A stretch of 63,002 bases of DNA, filler included, from Globobulimina sp. (taxonomy: Eukaryota), in assembly GCA_003354225.1 (NCBI GenBank). It is 37 parts of 37 records of this genome, joined end to end, with 100 filler letters (N's around TTAATTAATTAA, not from the genome) between each part and the next. Parts side by side here need not be neighbours in the genome. Positions count along the whole stretch, not along the records: positions 11,946 to 13,551 come from PIVH01014194.1; positions 13,652 to 15,257 come from PIVH01014195.1; positions 15,358 to 16,963 come from PIVH01014196.1; positions 17,064 to 18,669 come from PIVH01014197.1; positions 18,770 to 20,375 come from PIVH01014198.1; positions 20,476 to 22,081 come from PIVH01014199.1; positions 22,182 to 23,787 come from PIVH01014200.1; positions 23,888 to 25,493 come from PIVH01014201.1; 29 more parts are not named here. One strand, written 5' to 3'. The stretch's first letter is position 1. Every line of letters begins with the position of its first letter. The position numbers were made by a program, and so were the translations under genes. Positions 12,823 through 24,229 of the stretch are shown in pieces. The notes beneath the pieces were generated by a model. It did no database searches. It was given only the letters and a program-made list of their open reading frames with translations, and was not told the DNA's origin.

Positions 12823-13551
12823 TCAATAATTTATAACATGTTTGATTTTCTCATAGCGCGCCTCCCACATATGAACCTGTAGATGTTGCTCCAACTCCAG
12901 CCCTGTTTTCATAGTCTCCTGAAACGAGCCACTCATCGTCAAATCGTCAAAAGTATCAATATAATCCGCCGGATGCAGACTCGTTGCAATCACAATTCCA
13001 AAATCGATTTTAAATCCATTCCCTTTCTTTCTGGTCTTAATCTCAAACACATCTTTTTCTGACGCTGTCTCAAATAAATCAGCCAACAATGTCCTCAATA
13101 AACACATCTTTCCCTCCACCACATCTCCAAATTCGTCACTATTTGTCTCAATATTCACACTGAAAAATATTTTATACTTTTTCTGTTTCCCTCCCTTCCG
13201 CTTCTTACATAATGAAGTATCTTCTTCTCGTTTCCTGTCCTCATCAGAACTGTCAACCACTGTCTTCACCAATAACTGTCTCTGCCTTTCCACCACCAAT
13301 GTTTTATGTGCTTTTTCTAATTTACGCCTTTCTGCATCTGCCAATTGCTTCAACTTTTCCAATGCTTTCTGTTTTGTATATTTTATAGCATTTTCTTCGT
13401 CTTGTCGCTGTTTGCGCAATTTCGCATGTTCGTGTTCCATTTTTGAACGCAAATCGCGCAATTTTTGTATTTCATTATCTAAATCTATAACGTTTTTGAT
13501 TGATTGTATTTTTGGTATATGTATACAAACCGTGTTGTGTGGCAGCAGTTT
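12823..13551 (-). CDS. Hypothetical coiled-coil protein, C-terminal part
   Basis: 212-aa charged ORF whose frame appears to run toward the contig edge. Confidence 0.6.
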   Translation of the reverse strand, partial: KLLPHNTVCIHIPKIQSIKNVIDLDNEIQKLRDLRSKMEHEHAKLRKQRQDEENAIKYTKQKALEKLKQLADAERRKLEKAHKTLVVERQRQLLVKTVVDSSDEDRKREEDTSLCKKRKGGKQKKYKIFFSVNIETNSDEFGDVVEGKMCLLRTLLADLFETASEKDVFEIKTRKKGNGFKIDFGIVIATSLHPADYIDTFDDLTMSGSFQETMKTGLELEQHLQVHMWEARYEKIKHVINY

Positions 13552-13651
13552 NNNNNNNNNNNNNNNNNNNNNNNNNNNNNNNNNNNNNNNNNNNNTTAAT
13601 TAATTAANNNNNNNNNNNNNNNNNNNNNNNNNNNNNNNNNNNNNNNNNNNN

Positions 13652-14087
13652 AGTTGTGCTAAAATTGACGTTTGGACTTTGCTTCCAAACTCTGTCCGCG
13701 CCTATGTTCTTATTGGTCGCAAAACGGACAATTTCAAAATTTTGAAGTGACAGTTCTTTAGAAAAGTCCTCAAACCACTCTGGAAAGTTGTTTTGGTAAT
13801 GATAAGTTGAAAGGCGCCTGTGGTAGAGGACTGTGAACATGACCCAATTTTTGCAATTTTTGAAGTAAAAGTTGTGCTAAAATTGACGTTTGGACTTTGC
13901 TTCCAAACTCTGTCCGCGCCTATGTTCTTATTGGTCGCAAAACGGAAAATTTCAAAATTTTGAAGTGGCAGATTTTTAGAAAAGTCCTCAAACCACTCAG
14001 CAAAGTTGTTTTGGTGAAGATAAATTAAAATTCGAGTCTGGTAGAGGGCCGTGAACATGGTAGTAATTTTGACTAAATTATTGCAAA
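13652..14087. repeat. 218-bp tandem repeat (at least 2 diverged units, truncated by contig edge)
   Basis: agttgtgctaaaattgacgtttggactttg... starts at 13652 and again at 13870. Confidence 0.92.
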
Positions 14088-14226
14088 AACCGCTATGAAA
14101 ACGATGCTCTGACTCTGTTTTTAGGTCTATATTTTATTCCTGTGAGTGGAATCGATGTGATTTTACCTGTTTTATTTGAGTTTTATGTTTTTAGATCATA
14201 AAAGTACACAATAATGTGAGATTTGT

Positions 14227-15051
14227 TCAATAAAGTGATTTATAGGAATATGGTTGCTTTATACTGTTTTTAGTTAATAAGAGGTGCAGAAATGAAGTCC
14301 CTGGGTTTGGCTTTTTATTGTCCCCTGCTAGAAGTTTACAGAAAGGGGTTAATTTGTGTGTAATTTGAATTATTGGAATAAAAAATGTGAAGAATTGCCA
14401 AGATGACATATTACAGTGTAATAGGCTGGCTCTGTTATAGAGATACAGCAAGCTAGTCTAACTTCCGGTTCCGCCGGATGCTAAAAAGACAGGAAGTAGC
14501 AGGAACTGGAATGTGAGTTCTCTCACGTCCGATTTTTTGGCCATGTTCTGGTATATAAGAAATTTTGTGACCACTTCAGTCGTTAAAATGTAGTCTCAGT
14601 AAAACTGTCATTAAATCTCGATCTTTTTCCAAGTCCCTTTTGCAATGAATACCATTAATGTAGCTATTGAGACCGCATTTCTGCACCTTTATTGTTGAAG
14701 AGAATTAAATTCTGGATAGATTGCCCCCAATTGCAGTTAAATTGTGCCAGTTTTTCCTAGTTTTTGTGCAGGTGCTGATGAAGTGAGCATAACTGGACCA
14801 TCAGTTGCAAGTTTAATTTTCTTTGTGGTGCTTCACAGCCAACCATACATTGGTCAGGAAAGGAAGATGCGACCAGTTATCAATTTCTGGCTCAGGAGAT
14901 GAGCTCGGTGTAGAGACAGTAGTGTGGGCCATTTCACTTTTGGGGTTAATTCATTGTTTTCTCCCCCGTTTTTCATGAATCTATATTCATTCATTTTCAC
15001 TCTCAATTTATAATTGTCTGTATATGTATTATGGTTGGCTGCCATTTGCAA
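14227..15051 (-). pseudogene. Possible decayed ORF (275 codons, 8 internal stops)
   Basis: ORFs 14854-15051 and 14227-14451 share one frame, and the region between has few stops. No family recognised. Confidence 0.25.
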
Positions 15052-15357
15052 ATTTTGATGGTCAACTCTGTTCGACGGGATAATGGAGTGCTTTCAAAAG
15101 ACCAAAAAAGCCAGCCCACCACTACTATAGCACTATTGTATTTTTAATTTTTTTATTGTACCATTGTATGACATGTAAGCCATGTGTCATCTATGCTAAC
15201 GACCAGGGCCGAGCAAACATCGGCCGGGACGACTCTTATTGTTTTTCTGTTAACAGTNNNNNNNNNNNNNNNNNNNNNNNNNNNNNNNNNNNNNNNNNNN
15301 NTTAATTAATTAANNNNNNNNNNNNNNNNNNNNNNNNNNNNNNNNNNNNNNNNNNNN

Positions 15358-15525
15358 ATAATAACCAAATGGGAATGTTGCTGTTTCCACTGTTGCATAA
15401 CCACATGCTCCACCACTTGGATTTCCACCATAATACATTGATTTGCCGGATATTTGCGATTCTAAATATGTTACACTCCAACATGTGTTTACCAGTAATG
15501 ATATTATTGTAAAAATGGACGACAT
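15358..15525 (-). CDS. Secreted expansin-like/DPBB protein, N-terminus
   Basis: Signal peptide followed by GKSMYYGGNPSGGACGY. Confidence 0.7.
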
Positions 15526-15728
15526 GGTTGCTCTTTGAAATATATACTACAGAAAAGTTTCAGATGGCACTCAAAAAAATATATCTTCAAAACACTAAGA
15601 AATGAATTCAATGAAAAATGGTTTGTGCTTTCCCTATCAAAAGAATTATTAATTAATGAGGAAATCATTTAAATAATGCTGTGTTTTACAGAAACCCAAC
15701 GCACAAAAAAAAGATACAATGACAAAAT

Positions 15729-16329
15729 TCAGATTTCTTGCATATTTTCTGAGAGCCAATTTAGTATTTCAGCTATTCCGATATTTTGAGTTGCGACACA
15801 TTCAAATACTTTATATTTGCATTTTAATTTCGTTAGTTCGAGCTTTTGAGATAGTTTATCAATTTGTAATGCATCTGCTAAATCTTGCTTATTTGCTACA
15901 ACTGCCATTATTGAATATTTCAATTCTATCTCATGCATTAAATAATGTATTTCGTCTTTCACCAGTTCTAATCGTCTGGTATCTGCTGCATCGACAACAA
16001 AAATGAGTCCTTGTGTTCCTGCGTAGTACTGTCGCCATAATGGCCGCAATTTGTCCTGGCCGCCCACATCCCACACACTAAAATGCATGTTATCCTTTAT
16101 TAGCGACTCCACTGTGAATCCAATCGTAGGGACCGTAGCTTTCTTTTTTCCAGACAGAAATTGATGCAAAATTGCTGAGTATTTAATAATTTCTAAACAT
16201 GTATACATCAACACATTACCGTATTTTTTAACTGGTTTTCCCCGCTGAATCCAGACCCAATAAAAGTATTCTAAATTCTTTTCGTGAATTAAAGAATTTA
16301 CCTCTTATTTTTGTCAAGAAACTTCCCAT
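15729..16329 (-). CDS. ARF-family small GTPase, intron 16175-16232
   Basis: MG myristoylation start, GLDSAGKT, PTIGF, WDVGGQ, ANKQD. Confidence 0.95.
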
Positions 16330-16682
16330 TTTAATTCTTAGCTATCAAAGTAGAAGTTTTCTTTACAAATGCTTCCTTTGGTTAGTTGCCTCTACAAAAG
16401 CTTTGGTTAAGAATCATGGAGTAATATGTTTATGGGATGGTGTTTTTTTTGGTTTAATGGCTGATATAATTCAATGGACTCTGACAGGCGGTCAGCTTAT
16501 ACATTTTGACCTGTAAATGTAAAATTTATAAGGAATCTTGCATCATTTGTATAAAGAAAATTTCTACTTTGATAATATATATATGACCACTGCGTCCAGT
16601 ATTCATAAATAGCTCTGAATATATACAACAAAAGAAACTCTTTTCACAGAAACAGTACTATTCTAGTAGGATAAAACTAACA

Positions 16683-16713
<31 letters not shown>

Positions 16714-17063
16714 CTAAAACCACTACAGAAAGATGCGCACAACTTGCTCCGAGTTGGGAAGAATAGGTCTGGATATGATGTCGGAGGCTGTTCATTTGCA
16801 TCGAATGAAAAAGTAAGTGCTTTATTGGAAGAAATTGACTTCAAAATAAATACATCAATTTGCCCTGAATTGACTTTGGCCAACTAAGTGATTTTCGAGA
16901 CCGTTACATTTCATGTCTCCAATGTCTACACTTGTCTTTTAGATTGGCGATCCTAAATATGATNNNNNNNNNNNNNNNNNNNNNNNNNNNNNNNNNNNNN
17001 NNNNNNNTTAATTAATTAANNNNNNNNNNNNNNNNNNNNNNNNNNNNNNNNNNNNNNNNNNNN

Positions 17064-17160
17064 TTCCTTAATCTCTTTAAATAGCCACGGTTTTATCAGA
17101 GCGCCCCTTCCAATCATAATAGTGTCACATTTGGCGGACTCCATTCGTTGATCTTCACAT
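17064..17160 (-). CDS. DUS3L: tRNA-dihydrouridine synthase 3-like fragment
   Basis: DTIMIGRGALIKPWLFKEIKE is characteristic of DUS3. Confidence 0.75.
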
Positions 17161-17457
17161 ATTTGCCTCAATCGCCACATTTTGTAGCATTGGAAGGAAA
17201 CACTGAAAAAGTCATGCAAATATTGAAAATAATCGAATATTATATTAAATGCAAGACAGTCGTTTTTTAATTTATTAGAACAGCAACAACTAACAATTCA
17301 GACATTTGATAAAATCAAACGAAAGTCCAGAGGCAAAATAGTTTCCTTGTTTGCGTTCAAGGAATATAGAATGACGTCGCTTTTGCTGTGTCTCATGTCC
17401 TTTGCAATTTGGTTTGTTTATTCCACCATATATCAGATAACACAAATTCGGATGCAG

Positions 17458-18022
17458 ACTCTGGGGTTCTATACTGGAACAAATCAGTTTGAATGAGAAC
17501 TTTGCAGTGGAATCGATTGTGACAACCTGTGACATTGTGGCTACTTTGCTCACGTTGATATTTATGAATTTCATGGAGAGGAAAAGAATTTTAATGTTTG
17601 GCTTTGCTCTTAGCACATTGTTATGTTTTATTGTTATGATTATATCGGCAGCGCCCAGCAAAGCTGGTAATTTACTTGGAATCGCATGTATATTCCTTGC
17701 GAATATGTCGGTGGATATATGTTACTATGTTTTGCAGATTTATATGTTGGAATATTATGCCACTGTGGTTCGAACCACCTCATTAGGATTTATATTTTAT
17801 GGAATTGGCTCTGTTTCCTCAATCTTATCGTTTACTGTGTCAATGGCTGTTGGCCCATCATGGATATTGTTAATGTTTTATTGTTTGTGCGGAGTGGTTG
17901 GTTTCCAATGTTGCAGATTGTTGGACACTGAAACTAAAAATAAACCATTGGAAGATCATATAATAAAGACACATCAAAAGAATCTAACATCAAAAGTACA
18001 TTATGATTATGTCGCGTTGTAG
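17458..18022 (+). CDS. MFS transporter (SLC22/sugar porter-like), C-terminal half
   Basis: About 6 TM helices; FMERKRIL and YMLEYYATVVRTTSLG motifs. Confidence 0.8.
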
Positions 18023-18112
18023 ATCGTCGTCAGTATACACCCTGTTTTATCAGATAATTGATATATATATACTTTCATACATAATTTTGTGTTTTCTATG
18101 ATAGAAACCAAG

Positions 18113-18221
18113 CACTGCAGTCACAGCTATTGAGCTAATTTTAATTTTTGGTGATCGGATTTTAACTTTTGGAGTTAATCGCTCGCCACAATAAATTAGC
18201 TCAATAGTTGTGTCTGCAGTA
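18113..18221. mobile_element. MITE family A, copy 2 (inverted relative to copy 1)
   Basis: cactgcagtcacagctattgagctaattt ... aaattagctcaatagttgtgtctgcagta. Over 30 bp are identical to 731 onward on the opposite strand. Confidence 0.75.
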
Positions 18222-18400
18222 TCATATATTCATTGCTCACCAATATCTGGATATTAATATGTATGGTGCGATGTCCCTTCCTTTTCACCACCGAAATCTC
18301 ATATCGATCACTCGCGACACGTACAGTCTGCTATGCAGTGCACCGCCTCCTGGATGGCATGCTTTCTATTTAATTATATAATGCCCAATATCACCTGCAT

Positions 18401-18434
18401 AAAAGCAGTGCTCTACCAATTGAGCCACGTGACA
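18401..18434 (-). pseudogene. tRNA 5'-half remnant (A box and D arm only)
   Basis: TGTCACG TG GCTC AATTGGTA GAGC. No T arm found downstream. Confidence 0.45.
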
Positions 18435-18499
18435 TTTATGCCAACTTAAGTAGTTTAATAAATTTGTGTAAAAAAACAAACCGAAAACGTTGACAGAAA

Positions 18500-18669
18500 A
18501 TGAACATTGCTGTCAGGAAAAGACGATCCCAATTATTAGTAAGTGGATACGTCAGAAAATGTAGCACTCCATACATCCATACAGATATTATTAGCATTAT
18601 TCATGCGTTCCATTATTATACGTTATTGCTATTACATTCTATTGGTAGCAACGAATATGGACAACAAGG
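18500..18669 (+). CDS. RCC1-repeat-like protein, N-terminus
   Basis: LLVSGYVR...DIISII header followed by HSIGSNEYGQQG (RCC1 GxNxxGQ). Confidence 0.65.
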
Positions 18670-18769
18670 NNNNNNNNNNNNNNNNNNNNNNNNNNNNNNN
18701 NNNNNNNNNNNNNTTAATTAATTAANNNNNNNNNNNNNNNNNNNNNNNNNNNNNNNNNNNNNNNNNNNN

Positions 18770-20132
18770 CCACTATTTCGCGTTTCAATGTGGCTGACCA
18801 ATATATATATACGCCACTACCCGACGCACCGCCGGATGTATCACATTCATGTGTCACTAATAAATGCTCACTGAATGGTCCATCATATGGACAATATTGA
18901 TACCATTTTGTACAATCTGCTTTATCCGCAGGATGACTAATAATATTAAACGAGTGTGGTGGCGCTAAACTATCATCATAACCAACATCAAAATAACCGC
19001 CTACAGACGGATCACTTGATAATTGAATCCATGCAATATCCCAATCCCATGGTTCTGTACTCTGCCACGCGGTAAATACTACAGCCGTCGACCAATCATA
19101 ACCACCCGATGAAGGACACCCAGATACTGCATTTTTATAGAATTTCCAACCCGAATACCACGCACCACCACCATACACACAATGTGCCGCTGTAATGGCC
19201 CAACGACTAAATATTATACGCATATTCGCATATCATCACAATGAATATATGATACTTAACGGCGATATCATAGTGGCAGTACATCGATATGTACCACCGG
19301 TTGGTTTATCAAAATTTAAATACAATACACCGGAATATGGAAAACTTGTACTTGATACTTGATTACGATCATCAGATCCAATAACGTCTAATCTACGGCG
19401 TTCTACATCATGTTCAACATCCGGTGGACCATCGGGCTTATTACTGTGAGTCGGCCTGTTTTTACAAAAGAAATCTAATTCGTCCGGATCCAATTCCTCA
19501 TCATATTCAACACCACAGTCATCGCCAGTTATTACCTTTCCTTCTTGCATACAATCTTCATATCTATCATGGCCTGGCGGGTCTTGCGCAGCTTTGGGTA
19601 ATGTAAATACGCCGTTTTGCGCCGAGATACCTCGAAATCTTCTTTTTCGGCCTCGTTTGCCCGCGGCAGCGCGTTCATTTGCAGGCGGATCACAATCCCA
19701 ATCACAATATTCGTCATAATCACCACCACAGGATTCGTCATTTAATTGTCGACAATTTAATCCCTTTGGTAAATCTTTTTGAAATAAGCCATCTTTAATA
19801 CGGCAACATCTTCGCGCGGCGCATTCGTCTTCGTTGGGTCTTCTTGCTCTCTCGCCAGGAGCAGCTGCACCGAAATTATTTGCTTCATAAGGAGGAGGTT
19901 GGTATGGTTGGGCACCTCCGGCTGGATAAGGATATGCACCACCATAGGAACCAATGCTCGATGCGATTTGTTGGACGTAACCACCAGCAATAAGGCCCAA
20001 TAATAAACATACAGTGGCCACACTGACTATTTTTAATTTATTATATTTATTTGATGAGTCATTATACCCATAACCATATAACCTTGGTTTTAATCCTTGC
20101 GATTCACAATCTGTCATCTCTTGATCTGACAT
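18770..20132 (-). CDS. Membrane-anchored trypsin-like serine protease (glutamyl endopeptidase/Mpr-like, S1B); intron 19207-19260; 3' truncated
   Basis: VIGSDDR, CTATMISP|RWAITAAHC, DIAWIQL, CDTSGGASGSGVY catalytic triad; N-terminal TM and Cys-rich stalk. Confidence 0.88.
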
Positions 20133-21400
20133 CCTCTTCACTTTCAGGTCAATATACTTGTTAGCGACTGTGGTAAAAAGATGAGAAAGGTAAACTACAA
20201 AAACTTTTAACAAAAAAAAAACAATTACTAGTATCATTCATTGAGCAATGATCTGGCCTTTTACATTTAGATGAGTTTAACAATGAGTTCTTTCATTTTG
20301 TCGTCGGTGATTCCGTGATCAGGGTCAGTTTGACAGAAATGTTCATTGAATCCAGGTATGCTTTTTGCTTTGCTANNNNNNNNNNNNNNNNNNNNNNNNN
20401 NNNNNNNNNNNNNNNNNNNTTAATTAATTAANNNNNNNNNNNNNNNNNNNNNNNNNNNNNNNNNNNNNNNNNNNNTGTTAGAAGTTAGACGCTTACAGAG
20501 ACAGTTAGAAGATAAAAGAAGGTAGAAGACAAGACACATTTTAGGAAGGATGAGGAGAAAGAAAGAAAGAAAGAGATTGGAACAGATGGTGCCGTCTATC
20601 TTATACACACACACAACACTTCATGATGATGACAGCCACCAAAATAACATGCTAATCACAAGCAAAGCAGTCCATAACGGTGGGGGCATAGGCAGGCGGG
20701 AGAGATGATTCAAATGATTCAAGAGAAAGTATGATTCATCGGCAAAAGCCGAAAGATTCAACATTGTGAAATTCGGAAGTTACATCATGACTGAGACAAC
20801 TTGATTAGGCAAAACTAACTTAAATCAAACCAACAATGCAACATGAATAAAATACGATGCACTGAAATGCAACATGCACTTCGAATTTCATCTTGCATAT
20901 TGCGAAATTTTCGCATAATTCAACTTCTGAGAAACTTGCATCAATGTTGGATATGGCCAGGATCAAGCGTGCATCAGCTCTTTTCAAGCGTGCATCAGCT
21001 AGCATCATTTAAAGAAGCGAGTTGGAAACAAGTTGCATACATAGCTACCCCGACGCAAGGAGTTAAATGGCGCAGAAGTCATACTAAAGTCTATTCATAA
21101 ATGATAGACCCTGGAGGTTTTTTGCGGTTTTCTATTTTTCATCGTGCTCGGATCAAAAAAGTTTCTGTACAAAAGTTGTTCACCACACTGAGACCTATCT
21201 TGGACTGAAGTTAGTTTTTTTAATTTAGAAAATGGGTACCTATTTTGCTGAAACATTAAAAAAACGGGTTTTCGTAAGTTACTCAAAAGTGAAACCTGAG
21301 TACAGCAATCGATTCCTCTCGTCAAGGCGATCATTTGTGATGTCTCGAAATTTTTTTCAAAAATTCATCCCAGAGGAGCTACGGTCGATTTTATGTGCCT

Positions 21401-22081
21401 GGGTAGAGCCAGAAATGACCAAAAAGGCCAAAAAACGGTTTTTGTGGAACATTTGGGTATAAAAGTGTCCAAAACGGCTTAAAATTTCGCGCATACATAG
21501 CAACTTTTGATTGCGGATCGAATGCCGTAAACTAGAAATTCGCCCCATTCTCCGTTGCTGAGATATTGGGTCTCGAAGCGAAAATGGCCATAATTTGGCA
21601 CTTTGCCAAATATATAACTTTTATGCTAAAAAGTACTTCACCGGGGTAATTTTTGCCGTAGAATTCATTTTCGATACTCTCAAGATCCGTTGGACACACT
21701 AAAATGCATAAACGAAGGACCCGATATATGATACCACTATGCAGTCCGCTTACACACGATGATGCAACGTTTATGCTTTTTAGTGAGTCCAACGGACCTT
21801 GAAAGTATCAAAAATGAATTCTACGACAGAAAGTACCCCGGGGAAGTACTTTTTAGCATAAGATTTTTTTATTTGGCAAAGTGCCAAATTTTGGCCATTT
21901 TCGCTTCGAGATCCCATATCTCAGCAACGGAGAATGCGGCGAATTTCTAGTTTGCGCCATTCGATCCGCAATCAAAAGTTGCTATAATCGTGTGGACTTT
22001 TAAGCCGTTTTGGGCACTTTCTGACCCAAATGTACCAGAAAAACCGTTTTTTGGCCTTTTTGGCCATTTTTGGCTCTACCC
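21401..22081. repeat. Long foldback inverted repeat (314-bp arms 21401-21714 and 21768-22081, 53-nt spacer), truncated by contig end
   Basis: Arms are reverse complements with scattered substitutions (roughly 85-90% identity by eye). Confidence 0.92.
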
Positions 22082-22181
22082 NNNNNNNNNNNNNNNNNNN
22101 NNNNNNNNNNNNNNNNNNNNNNNNNTTAATTAATTAANNNNNNNNNNNNNNNNNNNNNNNNNNNNNNNNNNNNNNNNNNNN

Positions 22182-23674
22182 TGTCGTTGTTTCACCTTTA
22201 TTGTCCATTGGGTTTCTACATGTTGCTGAAATTTATATCAAATACAAACATTAATGAAATAAATTATTTGATTAGAAATTTGTCGTTTAACGGCGTCAAT
22301 AAATGGCAGCTAAAATTTGATGAAATGTTCATTGGGATTTACAATAAAATTATCGGTCAGAATATGTCGAAAATAAACATAAAACATGCAAGTATTTCGT
22401 GCAAACGAGGTGGTGTAAGCATGCGCACAATTAACCAAATCCAAAGCGCGGCCTATATTTCTTCTAACACAAATACAGGAAATGTGTTGTCTTTATTATT
22501 AGATTCAGATTTGATTCGGTATACAAATAAATATGCTTTGAATATCTTGGAATTAGCCATCAACGATTTTAATAGCAAAGTCTTACGACAATTTCAAATC
22601 CATTCCAGCGACAATTTAAAATATAAACAGTCGGATTTAATTGACCGTATTGACAAATCATTACTAAGCGAATTATATCAGATCTATAACGACCGCGGTA
22701 GAGCTATATTGAAAGCCGTATCAAACTGGAAATGTGACTCTTGGCTCAAAGTCAATCCATCGGTTGGTTTTGGTGTCGACTTTGATAACATTGAGTTTCA
22801 ATTATTGATGAAAAGGCGGTTAAATATGCCTATTATAAATAAGAAATCGCAATGTTTGCTATGTACAGCCGAGTTAGATATATTTGGCGACCATGGCTTA
22901 AATTGTGCATTTGGACACGGCAGACATGGCCGACACAATGCGATTGCAAAACAGGTCATGACTGTGTGTGAAGGAGCGGGCTTTAAATGTGAATTGGAGC
23001 TAAATGGATTGATCCAAAACACTTCAAAGAGACCTGCGGACATTATGGTATATGGTTTATTTCCTGACCGAGACTGTGCCATTGATGTGGGAATAACAAA
23101 TAATATCTGCGAATTGGATACAAGAAATAGAACAGAAAAATTAAAGAAGTGTGCAGAAAACAGATTAGTTTGTGCTGATTTGTATCATGCCACCAAAACA
23201 AGAAAATATCTAAGTTATAAATACAAACCATTGGTGTTTGAATCTATGGGTGGTATGAACTACGAAAGCAGAAAAATATTAAATTATATCATTGATCTGA
23301 AGTGTCAGAACAAGAAATTAGATCAGGATCAGCAGAAATGTTACGTTTATCGAAAGTTATTGGCAAAATTGCAAAAAGAAAACGCGATTGCGATACTTGA
23401 ACATTATGCGCCCCACTTTTACTTTAATGATTATCAATAGTTCCTTCATTGTTTTATGAACTTAGTTGTGTATTTATTCACTGTTTTGTTGTTGTGTGAA
23501 CGTAAGTACTTTTGTTTTATTTTTGTTTTTGTTGTTAGTTCTTTTTTTGGGTTTGCCTTTTTGAGACTGTTATATGACAAATATTTTGTGATATTGTTGT
23601 GTGACAATCCATTGGATTATTTATTAAGTTGTTGTCCGAGCACGTATTTTTGTGCCGTTTCGAGTGAAAAAAAA
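22182..23674 (+). mobile_element. Non-LTR retrotransposon 3' end with restriction-like endonuclease (CRE-clade-like); ORF to 23440, T-rich 3' UTR, A8 tail
   Basis: GGVSMR post-RT motif, CCHC knuckle CLLC...DIFGDHGLNC, RHNAI, KRPADI...IDVGI, KTRKY, PLVFESMGG. Confidence 0.88.
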
Positions 23675-24229
23675 TAATTTGTTCCTCGTATTGCTGTATC
23701 TATACATTGCATATAACAATGGAATGTGCTCTTTTTTATCCATATTATTGCGGTCGAGCTCCTCTTTCGTGTGCAACTCATAGATATNNNNNNNNNNNNN
23801 NNNNNNNNNNNNNNNNNNNNNNNNNNNNNNNTTAATTAATTAANNNNNNNNNNNNNNNNNNNNNNNNNNNNNNNNNNNNNNNNNNNNATCATCGATAAAA
23901 ATGTTCTAAATTTACATTTAATCAAAAATAAAAATTTAAACATTGGTCACAAATTATTGAGAAAACATAAAAGGATTTCGTTAACAATTCGACATATTTA
24001 TACCTCAAAGCTTTTAAAAACTATTGATAACACAATTGACTTCTTGCAGGCAACTTCTTCATGATCTATTGCAGGCACATTAAGTAATTGCTATCTTGCC
24101 TGCTTGCTCTCATAAAATGTTTTCACTGTTTTTCACCACTTTCCCTTTTCCACTTAACTGAAACACAATTAACACATAGCAACCAACACATTCGCTCCTC
24201 TGTGTGACATAAAACCTTCATCACATAAC

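Noticed and set aside
21532-21950. Pair of similar small ORFs (21532-21792 and 21759-21950), and likewise 13604-14058
   Set aside because: They are translations of inverted or tandem repeat arms with no protein-like features.
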